From positions 2,542,001 through 2,606,000 of the forward strand of contig OZ024765.1 in NCBI GenBank assembly GCA_964016885.1: a DNA stretch of 64,000 nt. Direction: 5' to 3'. The position numbers were made by a program, and so were the translations under genes. This document shows positions 43,578 to 57,324 of this stretch, one piece after another. The notes beneath the pieces were generated by a model, which searched no databases, was not told where the DNA came from, and was given only the letters and a program-made list of their open reading frames with translations. The DNA is from Eledone cirrhosa. Its lineage: Eukaryota. Numbering within the stretch: the first letter of the stretch is position 1; every line of letters starts with the position of its first letter.

Positions 43578-43909
43578 TATATAGTTACGGGGTCGATAAA
43601 ATAAAGTACCAGTAATGTACTGGGTAATTGCTGCCCTTGTGCCTAAAGTAGAAACAGTTATATAGTTATAGAGGTTTGTATATACACTTTAATTTATATT
43701 TTGATTACCGTGTGTCTACCCTGCCTTCCATAGGTTATAGATTCCATACACTGGTGGTTTTTCCTTGTTTTATTGATGGCGCACTATCTCTCTCTAGTGT
43801 GTTACCTTTTCAACATATTGTATTTTAAAGAGCTCAGGATTCCTTCTCCTTTGAGCACATTACTGACAGGGAATAGCGAGAGTCTATGGCTCCGTTAATT
43901 TATCGTGAT

Positions 43910-43969
<60 letters not shown>

Positions 43970-44082
43970 GAGATAATTTAATATATCAACTAACATAGGC
44001 GCACAGATGCACGTCCATGCCAGCAAATACACAGGTTATGTCATAGTACCTAGGTGGTTCAATGCAGGAGGGTGCAGAACAA

Positions 44083-44126
<44 letters not shown>

Positions 44127-44474
44127 AGGTGGACCATAACGCACCAGAGTGCTCGATACTTAGGGTAGTAGAGTGGGTAATAGGAAAAGAGTGAGAAACC
44201 CGGCGGCTATTATATATTAAAATAACAGATTAAAGTTTAAGCGGAGAATCGCTGCTTTCGCCATTAACGGGATCTTCTGAAACTAAAAAAATCAATCTGT
44301 CAACGCAGAAGTAAATATTTCGAAAAACCTTACAACCGAAGGAAAACAGGAAGACGGTACTTTGGTTAAACTTTAATCTGTTATTTAATCTGTTCTACGG
44401 GTTTTATATATATTTATATATATATAAACCGTATCAAGCCCTCTTCTGATTTTAGTCTTCACATTTATTATTAT

Positions 44475-44558
<84 letters not shown>

Positions 44559-44694
44559 GTAGGTCCCGGGTTGAGTCGGGGATAACCACAGTAAGTAAGG
44601 TACTCAATACATGGCAGAGTAAAAAAAAATTTGTTTATATTTTATAGAAGGAGCTTCTACAGGACTAGTACTGTTTCATTCAGATATACATACA

Positions 44695-45232
44695 TACATG
44701 ATGACTGCAAACTCTGCAAAGAGAATTGCAATCTCTTGTCAGATGCAGATGTGTGACTCTCGGATATGGTTTTTTAACCCTTGCTAGAGACTTGCATTCC
44801 TTCTCACGTTGACGACAACTATGGATCTCCCTGACCTCAGGTCTTGCATCAGGTTGCCTGTGAACCTTCACAATACCGTGGAGATCATAGTTTACAGGTT
44901 CTCTCTGAACATGGCTGCAACTGTGGCTCCTGAAACCGATTTGCTCCAACAAATCTTTCCACACTCAGGGCACTTCAATTCAATGGAGACACCGATCGTT
45001 TCGAGGGAAACACCAGAGCATAGCTTATGTACATCCCGTTTGAGTCTTCTCGTGTTCTATGCATCTCTCCTCAAAATCATGGACCCCGTCATTCACCATT
45101 CCACACCAAGTCTCTCTTTCAAGAGCTTCTATCTCCCAGTCAGCCATCATCAAACCAGTTTTTTTTTCAATGAGTCCTTTACACAATCCTTGAATCCGAG
45201 CTTTGGCATGTGGGCTGGTCTCTTACCTTTAC
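44695..45232 (-). mobile_element. RTE (BovB-like) LINE 3' fragment, decayed
   Basis: [21 protein letters not shown]...WE..ALERETW...CPECGKIC C-terminal motifs, ending in a cat(gtat)n tail. Confidence 0.75.
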
Positions 45233-45279
45233 AATTTACATTTTATACACAAACACACACGCACATATATATATATATG

Positions 45280-45379
<100 letters not shown>

Positions 45380-45388
45380 TAAATGTAC

Positions 45389-45453
<65 letters not shown>

Positions 45454-45462
45454 TAAATGTAC

Positions 45463-45529
<67 letters not shown>

Positions 45530-45538
45530 TAAATGTAC

Positions 45539-45577
<39 letters not shown>

Positions 45578-45586
45578 TAAATGTAC

Positions 45587-45637
<51 letters not shown>

Positions 45638-45647
45638 TAAATGTACG

Positions 45648-45679
<32 letters not shown>

Positions 45680-45809
45680 ATTATATACAGATAAATGTAC
45701 GTATATATATATATATATATATATATATTTAATTATATACAGATAAATGTACGTATATATATATATATATATATAGTGAAAATTTGAACGGGAACAAAAA
45801 CAGAGAGTC

Positions 45810-45863
<54 letters not shown>

Positions 45864-45996
45864 TAGCTGTAGCTGCCGTCAATTACTCCCAGAATATCAA
45901 CGCAATATTTCTCTAAAGTAAACAGCTCTCTATTATTCGCTGGGTGTTAATGGGATTTCTTAAACATTATCTAATTCTTCGTAATACACACAGACA

Positions 45997-46055
<59 letters not shown>

Positions 46056-46096
46056 AAACATAAACACAAACATAAGATTAAATATATATTTGTATG

Positions 46097-46127
<31 letters not shown>

Positions 46128-46190
46128 CTATATTTTCTTAGAATTTCAAAACTACACTTCTGTATTTTGTAAAATATACATATATATATA

Positions 46191-46260
<70 letters not shown>

Positions 46261-46796
46261 CATTCATTTATTATGGCTGTTGGTGAGGTTTGTTACTCTA
46301 AAGTTTTACCTGTGTACTCAGAGAATCACCAGTGTTGTCAGGTGAGTACGCAGGTGAGACTCCAGAGTAACATGGCTTAGCCATAATAAATGAATATTTA
46401 AACTCTACTTCGGTATTGAGTTTTCATTCTTAGGTCCGTCAATAATTCACGTACTCTCAGGTCTTGAATAATCGTCCTCACCCCCGCTTATTGATTTGTA
46501 AGATTTGTTCCACCACCACCCCCTTTGCTTTTTATTCCATCTCCATCCCGCACCTGCTTATTAAATTTTGCTAATCTATCTCCGGCGAAATTTTATTGTA
46601 AGTGATTCATATTGATACAGCAGCTGGAGAATCTAATAATTATTTTATTTTACGTTAAAAAAAACATTATATATGGCAAAAGAAGAACATTACAAGAAAT
46701 CCCATATTTACCAACGTACCCTATATAATTACTGATATCTAAAGGCCCCTCCCCCATTATTGTCACACCTCCTCTTAGTTGGGAACCGAGAGTAAA

Positions 46797-47720
46797 TTCT
46801 ATTTATTTGCCACCAGGGCATCAAAGATTGGGACAAATACAAAGGGGGGAGTTTACATACATTTAAAAGACGTGTAAAAACATATAACAAATTAAATTTA
46901 ACAATCGATGTCCTCAATAGGGAGGGGCGTTGACATGGGTCGCACACACCCCCGAAAAAAATGTGCAACCCTCCTCTTCAGGAGCACAAAGAGCGGGTGC
47001 TCCCTTCCTCTTCTCATTCTTCTCCTCTCTCACCTACAGGCTGATATAGAGAGAAGGCCCATTCACTCGGGCCATTCTCGCTACTTTCACCCACCTTTCA
47101 TAAAACTTGCTGGGGTAGAGCACCTCTCTCTCCATTCCGATCCTTCTTCTAAAGTGGTACTTGAAAAAAAAGGACCAGTTGTTGGCCGGAGAGAAAGGTG
47201 TCTGACCTCAGCCCTTTCAACCTTGTCCACCATACAACCTCTTTCGCCATGGCTATCACACAGAGGAAAACCGCCTCTCCTTCGTTTTTGAAAGGGGGAG
47301 GCGGTTTGATCGTGACAATGTACTCGGTGGTCAACCGGATTGGTCCCACCCGCGACAGTTGTCGTTCCACATAGCCCCACAGGTCAGCAACGCCCGGGAA
47401 GTGTACGAATGCGTGTGCGACGGTTTCCTCGTCACGCACGCATCTCGGACAGATCTTCTTCGAGGGCGCCCGTGTCTTTAGAGCTTGTCCCGAACGGGTA
47501 GAGCTCCTCGGTAACATTGCCAAGCCAGGGACTTTTGGAAGTTGTCCATCGGTCCCGGGCCAAACGTCCTACCGAACAGACTGGCTAGCTCATCTTCCTC
47601 CATGCCCAGAGCCTCTCCGAGAGCGTCGTCGCACTTACTATGCACCAACCCTCTATAGAATGTTGAGGTTGAGCCTCCACTGATTGTCGGATCCGCTTTC
47701 CAGAGGGCACTCTCTTCCAT
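46797..47720 (-). mobile_element. 5'-truncated L1/Tx1-clade LINE (ORF2 C-terminus plus 3' UTR), frameshifted
   Basis: KSLAWQCYRGALPVRDKL...CPRC..DEETVAHAF matches the zf-RVT/CCHC region of Tx1-like ORF2. Confidence 0.85.
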
Positions 47721-50270
47721 TCCCCCTCTCTATATCATTCACCAGCAAACTCTCCCCCTCTCTATATCTACTACACGGCACTCTCTTCCATTCCCCCTCT
47801 CTATATTATTCACCATCAAACTCTCCCCCTCTCTATATCTACTACACGGCACTCTCTTCCATTCCCCCTCTCTATATCATTCACCAGCAAACTCTCCCCC
47901 TCTCTATATCTACTACACGGCACTCTCTTCCATTCCCCCTCTCTATATCTACTACACGGCACTCTCTTCCATTCCCCCTCTCTATATCATTCACCAGCAA
48001 ACTCTCCCCCTCTCTATATCTACTACACGGCACTCTCTTCCATTCCCCCTCTCTATATCATTCACCAGCAAACTCTCCCTCTCTCTATATCTACTACACG
48101 GCACTCTCTTCCATTCCCCCTCTCTATATCATTCACCAGCAAACTCTCCCCCTCTCTATATCTACTACACGGCACTCTCTTCCATTCCCCCTCTCTATAT
48201 CATTCACCAGCAAACTCTCCCCCTCTCTATATCTACTACACGGCACTCTCTTCCATTCCCCCTCTCTATATCTACTACACGGCACTCTCTTCCATTCCCC
48301 CTCTCTATATCATTCACCAGCAAACTCTCCCCCTCTCTATATCTACTACACGGCACTCTCTTCCATTCCCCCTCTCTATATCATTCACCAGCAAACTCTC
48401 CCTCTCTCTATATCTACTACACGGCACTCTCTTCCATTCCAACCTCTCTATATCATTCACCAGCAAACTCTCCCCCTCTCTATATCTACTACACGGCACT
48501 CTCTTCCATTCCCCCTCTCTATATCATTCACCAGCAAACTCTCCCCCTCTCTATATCTACTACACGGCACTCTCTTCCATTCCCCCTCTCTATATCATTC
48601 ACCAGCAAACTCTCCCCCTCTCTATATCTACTACACGGCACTCTCTTCCATTCCCCCTCTCTATATCATTCACCAGCAAACTCTCCCCCTCTCTATATCT
48701 ACTACACGGCACTCTCTTCCATTCCCCCTCTCTATATCATTCACCAGCAAACTCTCCCCCTCTCTATATCTACTACACGGCACTCTCTTCCATTCCCCCT
48801 CTCTATATCATTCACCAGCAAACTCTCCCCCTCTCTATATCTACTACACGGCACTCTCTTCCATTCCCCCTCTCTATATCATTCACCAGCAAACTCTCCC
48901 TCTCTCTATATCTACTACACGGCACTCTCTTCCATTCCCCCTCTCTATATCATTCACCAGCAAACTCTCCCCCTCTCTATATCTACTACACGGCACTCTC
49001 TTCCATTCCCCCTCTCTATATCATTCACCAGCAAACTCTCCCCCTCTCTATATCTACTACACGGCACTCTCTTCCATTCCCCCTCTCTATATCATTCACC
49101 AGCAAACTCTCCCCCTCTCTATATCTACTACACGACACTCTCTTCCATTCCCCCTCTCTATATCATTCACCAGCAAACTCTCCCCCTCTCTATATCTACT
49201 ACACGGCACTCTCTTCCATTCCCCCTCTCTATATCATTCACCAGCAAACTCTCCCCCTCTCTATATCTACTACACGGCACTCTCTTCCATTCCCCCTCTC
49301 TATATCATTCACCAGCAAACTCTCCCCCTCTCTATATCTACTACACGGCACTCTCTTCCATTCCCCCTCTCTATATCATTCACCAGCAAACTCTCCCCCT
49401 CTCTATATCTACTACACGGCACTCTCTTCCATTCCCCCTCTCTATATCATTCACCAGCAAACTCTCCCCCTCTCTATATCTACTACACGGCACTCTCTTC
49501 CATTCCCCCTCTCTATATCATTCACCAGCAAACTCTCCCCCTCTCTATATCTACTACACGGCACTCTCTTCCATTCCCCCTCTCTATATCATTCACCAGC
49601 AAACTCTCCCCCTCTCTATATCTACTACACGACACTCTCTTCCATTCCCCCTCTCTATATCATTCACCAGCAAACTCTCCCCCTCTCTATATCTACTACA
49701 CGGCACTCTCTTCCATTCCCCCTCTCTATATCATTCACCAGCAAACTCTCCCCCTCTCTATATCTACTACACGGCACTCTCTTCCATTCCCCCTCTCTAT
49801 ATCATTCACCAGCAAACTCTCCCCCTCTCTATATCTACTACACGGCACTCTCTTCCATTCCCCCTCTCTATATCATTCACCAGCAAACTCTCCCCCTCTC
49901 TATATCTACTACACGGCACTCTCTTCCATTCCCCCTCTCTACATCATTCACCAGCAAACTCTCCCTCTCTCTATATCTACTACACGGCACTCTCTTCCAT
50001 TCCCCCTCTCTATATCATTCACCAGCAAACTCTCCCCCTCTCTATATCTACTACACGGCACTCTCTTCCATTCCCCCTCTCTATATCAATTACCACCAAA
50101 CACTCCCCCTCTCTATATCTACTACACGGCACTCTCTTCCATTCCCCCTCTCTATATCATTCACCAGCAAACTCTCCCCCTCTCTATATCTACTACACGG
50201 CACTCTCTTCCATTCCCCCTCTCTATATCAATTACCACCAAACTCTCCCCCTCTCTATATCAATCCTCTC
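47706..50270. repeat. 71-bp pyrimidine-rich satellite, ~36 units
   Basis: Unit ggcactctcttccattccccctctctatatcattcaccagcaaactctccccctctctatatctactacac. Confidence 0.95.
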
Positions 50271-50531
50271 ACTCTATTCATTAGTGTCTGTGTATGTATT
50301 TGGTATATATATATATAATATAATATATATATATATATATAAATGATATATATGTGTGTGTATATGAGCCTCGGGTTGAAGCGGGGATAACCAAAAGTAA
50401 GGTACTCAATACATGGTAGAGTAATATACAAGATTTAATATAGAAATGGCTTCTACTAGAACTGTTTCATTCGAAAGAAATCATCACATATATACATAGA
50501 TAAATTATATATATATATATTTATATATATA

Positions 50532-50602
<71 letters not shown>

Positions 50603-50740
50603 TTATTTATTTATTAAAATAACAGATTAAAGTTTAAGCAAAGATTCGCTGCTTTCACCCTCACCCCACTCTCAAGCGTGAAACTAAAAACCATATCATT
50701 TGTACTGCCTCTCTGTTTTTTTTTCTCTGTTCATTTATTA

Positions 50741-50804
<64 letters not shown>

Positions 50805-50945
50805 CGTTTCTGAATTTGTTTAGCAAGATTCTTTATCTGAAATCGTGTGTTGAAACCGATATTGTTATACTTTGGGAGGGTCATGTTGCCAATAAGAAAC
50901 ACACGCACCAGTTGCTTTCACTTCAATTTATTTTATTTATTTATT

Positions 50946-51006
<61 letters not shown>

Positions 51007-51017
51007 ATTTATTTATT

Positions 51018-51081
<64 letters not shown>

Positions 51082-51242
51082 ACTAGGGGTTGATTAACAT
51101 ATAAATATACATGAATAATCACAGGAGATAATTTTTGCTCGCGTGTAACCACGCATAGCTAGTATAGGTAATATTTACCTTCATGACACCCATGATTTCG
51201 ATTTAGATTAAATTCATTTAATTCATTTTATCGTAATTTTGG

Positions 51243-51278
<36 letters not shown>

Positions 51279-51529
51279 AAAGTTATATTTAAATTGTTGG
51301 GTTAACAACGAGTAAATATTTATAACTGATATAAAAGCACTCAACAAGTATTTGGAGTATATTTATGATATTAAATAAATGGAAACTATATTTATAAAAC
51401 CATATTTATTTCATTATATATATTTCAGGGATATCATATATGATATTCAGGGATATCATATATGATATCCCTGAAATATATATAATGAAATAAATATGGT
51501 TTTATAAATATAGTTTCCATTTATTTAAT

Positions 51530-51592
<63 letters not shown>

Positions 51593-51916
51593 GAAACGGG
51601 GTTTAGTTGGGGATAGGTAAGAAATTCATTCATTTTTATCGAAACGAGAGCTTCCTCTTTCTCTTCTTTCCTTCTTCTTCTGAAACACGAGCTTCCATTT
51701 CAACTTCCTCTTTCATTCCTTCCTGGCCATGACCATCACTTCTTAGAATTCAAGCTCAATAACACGGAATACTTTAACAATCTAGGACATTCAAGGAACT
51801 CTGTAGCTACTCTGATTTACCGAATAAGCAACTCCACGTAAATACATCTAACTTTATTTCATTCTTATTTTCTGCATTTTTATTAGTTTTAATAAAGATA
51901 ATAATATAATAATAAT

Positions 51917-52400
51917 AATGAAATGATTGTGTACAGTGCTCAGGTGCACTACAACTCATCAAAGGTGCATGTATAGTACTTAGAATAATATACAAATGTC
52001 AAGGAAGTGAATAGTGTATGAGTTATAATGTAGTGTTGGTGAATCTCAGGAAGCATGGAGGTTTTAAAGGATGCAGTGTCTCGACAGCTAACAACTGATG
52101 CAGGTAGTTTGTTCCATGGAGGTTTTGAAGGATGCAGTGTCTCGACAGCTAACAACTGATGCAGGTAGTTTGCTCCATGGAGGTTTTGAAGGATGCAGTG
52201 TCTCGACAGCTAACAACTGATGCAGGAAGTTTGTTCCATGGAGGTTTTAAAGGATGCAGTGTCTCGACAGCTAACAACTGATGCAGGTAGTTTGCTCCAT
52301 GGAGGTTTTGAAGGATGCAGTGTCTCGACAGCTAACAACTGATGCAGGTAGTTTGCTCCATGGAGGTTTTAAAGGATGCAGTGTCTCGACAGCTAACAAT
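51917..52400 (-). mobile_element. CR1-type LINE 3' end with 61-bp tandem expansion
   Basis: WNKLPASVVSCRDTASFK C-terminal motif and 3' UTR ending tagtgcacctgagcactgtacacaat-(att)n. Further 3' UTR copies at ~55375-55670, 56760-56825 and 62195-62225. Confidence 0.75.
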
Positions 52401-52610
52401 ATTATAATTAATGATATTATATATTATATTATTAAAAGAAACAAATAATTGTTTCTACTTTTGACACAAGACCAGCAATTACCAGTGTATTACTGGTACT
52501 TTATTTTATCGACCCCGTTAGGATGAAAGGCATGAAACAAATAATGAAAGTTAAAACAATAAGTGACAAGGGGTGACAAGACTTTCGGACTACCCTGTAC
52601 ATACATATAT

Positions 52611-52700
<90 letters not shown>

Positions 52701-53732
52701 GAAAAAGATGTAAATGCAAGTTGAGACGCCAAGAAGATTTATTGCTGATCACTTTACTGTTTTCACGTTTGAATGGTTTTCAAAAGTTAAGTGAAAATCA
52801 CTCAAACGTGAAACCGGAAAAGTTATTATCAATAAATCTTCTAAAACCCTCAAATTGCATTTTCAACTTCTTTTTCCTATATTTTTTACCCGTGTGGGAT
52901 AATTAAAAAAAAACTTACATTTTTATATACAGGGTGTATCAAAAAAGTCTATATTTCAAATGGCTATATTTTTTAAACAAATGACCATATAATTATTCAG
53001 GAATTTATACAAGACATGTCTGAATATAAAGTTTTATTCTTTCTCATAACTTTTATATATGTTAGGTAATTCCGAAGAAAAAGCCAAGGAAAAAAGAGTG
53101 CTCTATGTATAGAGCAGAGCTATTTAATTAGAAAGTGAACAACACAAAATATAACTACTCCATTACCAAAGGTTTCAGGATGCCAGACAATATTAATATA
53201 TGTCTGGATCGTTATTTTTCCAGCCTCACTTCCAATGTTTAACAGATTTTAAATCTCATTTCATATTTTGCTATTCATAACATCTCCGTCTGAAGAACGA
53301 CCCAGACATATTTTAATATTGTCTAGAGTCCTGAAACCTTTGGTAATGGACTAGTTGTATATTGTGTTGTTTACTTTCTAACTTATATATATATAGAGAG
53401 AGAGAGAATCGGAGACGAGTTCACATAGGAAATGTATCTTATGATCTTTCGATTACAGAGTCAGGTTTGATCAATAATAGGTCGTTCCTCAAGCTGATCG
53501 ATAGTGAAACATATGTAATATGTTATTACATATGTTATGATGCAGCATTGATTCCTTGTTCCGCTCTGCTTATCCTTGTACACTAAATATTAACCTTCTC
53601 TAATATTTAACCCTGATAATCGAGCACTCATGCACCCACTTTGGGCATGTAATACTCTGTATTACACCTCTTTATACCTCTTCTTTCTAGCCTCTTTTAC
53701 GATACTGTAACTTTTTATATACATATATATAT

Positions 53733-54335
53733 AATTGTTTCTACTTTAGGCACAAGGCCAGCAATTACCCAGTGCATTACTGGTACTTTATTTTATCGAC
53801 CCCCGTAAGGATGAAAGGCAAAGTTAACCTCGGCGGGATTTGAACTCAAAATTGCAAGGGCCGTAACTCTATGCGTCAAAGCATGGCGTCCGACCCTCTA
53901 CCGATACTGCCAAATATATATATAATGATTTCTAGTATAGGCACAAGGCCAATAATTTGGGGGGAGGGGTAAGTCGATTAAATCGACCCCAGTACGTTAC
54001 TGGTACTTTATTTTATCGACTAGGTAAGGATGAAAGGCAAAGTTAACCTCGACAGGATTTGAACTCAGACACTAAAGGGACATAACTATGCTGGAAAGCA
54101 TGGCGTCCGATCCTCTACCGATACTGCCAATCAATTCACTGCATATAATTGTTTCTACTTTTGGCACAAGGCCAGCAATTTCCCAGTGCATTACTGGTAC
54201 TTCATTTTATCGACCCCGTAAGGATGAAAGGCAAAGTTAACCTCAGCGGGATTTGAGCTCAGACGGCAAAGGCCGTAACTATGCGTCAAAGCATGGTGTC
54301 TGACGCTCTACCGATACTGCCAATCCACCACATAT
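53733..54335 (-). mobile_element. Three head-to-tail tRNA-derived SINEs with Meta/MESC-like core
   Basis: tRNA-like head, gagttcaaatcccgccgagg B-box, core gcctttcatccttacggggtcgataaaataaagtacc and tail ggccttgtgcc..tagaaacaatt. Many more copies, e.g. 835-1050, 9385-10320, 13950-14090, 27300-28050, 54565-55185 and 56640-56760. Confidence 0.85.
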
Positions 54336-55251
54336 AATGATAGCTAATTTTATTGCAGTTCCTTCTTATCAGGGGAGGTTATTCAATATTTTTTCTGGCT
54401 CCTAACAACTTCAATGTCTGTCTAATTCTTAATTTGATTTTCAGTCTCTAATCTTCTCTTATCTCGTCTTGGCAACTAATTTGTCATATTTTGAACAAAG
54501 GAAAAGATAAAAAAAAACAACCTCTAATCTAAACTTTTTATTATTGTTGAAGACAATAATAATAATAATTGTTTCTACTTTTGGCACAAGGCCAGCAATT
54601 ATCCCAGTGTATTACTGGTACTTTATTTTATCAACCCAGTAAGGGTGAAAGACACAGCTAACATTGGTGGTTAAATGGTGATGATGATTCAAGGTTAGCT
54701 TTGCCTTTCATCCTTATGGGTTTAATAAAGTACCAGTAATGTACTGGGTCGATTTAATTGACTTTCCCCTCCTCTAAAAAATTCTTAACCTTGTGCCTAT
54801 AATAGAAATCATTATTTTATAACTTTGCTTTTCATAATTACGGGGTTGACAAAATAAAGTACCAGTAATACACTGGGGTAATTGCTGGCCTTGTGCCAAA
54901 AGTAGAAACATTATTATTGTTGTTGTTTTTGCTGTTGTTTCAAAGAGGGTGGTGTATTGGCAGTATCGGTAGAGGGTTGGACGCCATGCTTTGCAGCATA
55001 AAGTTATGGCCCTTTATAATCTGAGATCGAATCCCGCCGAGGTTAACTGTGCCTTTTATCCTTAAGGTGTCGATAAAATTATCATCATAACTTTGCTTTT
55101 CATCCTTACGGGGTCGATAAAATAAAGTACCAGTAATGCACTGGGGTAATTGCTGGCCTTGTACCTAACGTAGAAACAATTATTATTGTTGTTATTGTTG
55201 CTGTTGTTGTTTTAAAGTGTCCTTGTGTTATCTTCAGATCCGGCAGTCACC

Positions 55252-55346
55252 ATGAATAACGGAGCAGGAGAATACCTCTGTGTGGGGGACTATATATGTC
55301 TTTACTCTGTGGAAACAGAAGGGTATGGATACAGTTTCCAAACTAG
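55252..55346 (+). CDS. First coding exon of an inositol 1,4,5-trisphosphate receptor-like (IP3R/RyR superfamily) Ca2+ channel gene; remainder probably beyond the window
   Basis: Acceptor tcttcag| at 55237, Kozak-like cacc-ATG at 55252, donor |gtaagt at 55347 (phase 2). Encodes MNNGAGEYLCVGDYICLYSVETEGYGYSFQT, which aligns with the IP3R N-terminal motif FLHIGDIxSLYAE..NGFISTLG. Confidence 0.8.
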
Positions 55347-55772
55347 GTAAGTCACCGCAAATTTTATATTATAATAATGAAATTATTGTGTACAGTGCTC
55401 AGGTGCACTACAACTCATCAAAGGTGCATGTATAGTACATAGAATAATGTACAAATATCAGGAAAATGAACAGTGTATGAGTCATGATATAATAATAATA
55501 ACAATAATGAAATATTGTGTACAGTACCCAGGTGCTGCACCACAACTCATCAAAAAAGTGCATGTACAGTACATAGGACAATGCACAAACATCAGTAAAA
55601 TGAACAGTGCACGAGTCATGATACACACATGTGTGCATGTGTATGGAAGGGGTACATCAGGTGTAGTTTGGGCGTATTATTTACTATTACTAACAAGACA
55701 AGTGTGTCTGCTCTCTTTTATGATACGGTCGCCGTGGAAACATTTAATTTCCACTGGCTCTGCCAGTTTATA

Positions 55773-55817
<45 letters not shown>

Positions 55818-57194
55818 TATACATACATATATATGTATATATATATATGTATGTATATAGATATATATATGTATGTATGTATATAGACAATATGCCCCCA
55901 CACCCTCCCACTGCAAAGTGGTCATGTAGGCGCCAAGGAAAAAAAGCACCCACCACTCACTGTAAATGAGGTTGGTGTTAGGAAGGGCATCCAGCTGTAG
56001 AAATCAAGCCAAAATCAGTTCCAGTATGAGTAAAACAAGGTCTGCCGACCGGACACTGCCCACAACAGGACAACCTGTCTAACCCATGCTAGCATAGATG
56101 AATGGACGTAAAATGGTGATGATGATGATGATTACTAGCAGAAAAACCAACCTTCAGGGGGGTTTTCTGCTAGCAGGTGTAGTGTGTATATTGATATTAT
56201 ACGCAAGTATATATACATGTAGATATGATACATCAAATAAAATCCTAATTGACAATATACACAGAAATTGAATGAAGAGTGGGAGGGGAAAGTCAGTTAA
56301 ATTGACCCCAGTATGTTACTGGTACTTTATTTTATCAACCCCGTAGGATCAAAGGCAAAGTTAACCTCAGCGGGATTTGAAAAATAAACGAGGAATTTTT
56401 AAGAAAATAACGCAATATTCTCTTCTGGCTCTATACGATATCAGTTCATCTGTCGTTGATGTTGGATTTCATAGGTTTTTTGTTATTTTTTTTTTGTGTA
56501 ATTGGTATTAGCTATGTGGTAGCGAAAGGGTTAAGGTGTGGAGTTTCCATCCAAAATATTCCCATCATATTTTTACATAAGAAATTATATTGTTCTAAAC
56601 ACCAAAACTCCCTCTACATTCTTAAAAATAATAATACTAATAATTGTGTCTACATTTGGCACAAGGCCAGCAATTATCCCAGTGTATTACTGGTACTTTA
56701 TTTTATCGACCCCGTAAGGATGAAAGGCAAAGTTAACCGTGGCGGGATTTGAACTCATAATGAAAATTATTGTGTACAGTGCTCAGGTGCACTACAACTT
56801 ACCAAAGGTACATGTATAGTACATAGAATAATTGTTTCTACTTTTGGCACAAGGCCAGCAATTACCCAGTGTATAGTACATAGAATAATGTTTTCTGCTG
56901 GCATGTTTAGTGTGTATATTGATATTATACGCAAGTATATATACATGTAGATATGATACATCAAATAAAATCGTAATTGACAATATATAATACATAGAAA
57001 TTGAAGGAAGACTGCGTTACACTGTCTTATGTAATCAGTAAAGTAATACAAGATACATTAAAAACAGACGATATTATATATAAACTGCATTAGGAGAAAA
57101 TTAGTGATGGAAATATATGAATGTTTATTTAATATATATTTATATACATATATATATATATATATATATTTATATACATACATATATATATATT

Positions 57195-57225
<31 letters not shown>

Positions 57226-57324
57226 TCATATATATATATATATAGTAAATATATAGTAAAACCTACTCCAGCCAGTAGGCATCTCTAACAAAATACACCC
57301 CGTCCCACCACCACCACCCCCACC

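Noticed and set aside
47684-50284. 866-aa ORF
   Set aside because: Product of a stop-free 71-bp satellite; the unit is not a multiple of 3 and it cycles through all frames.
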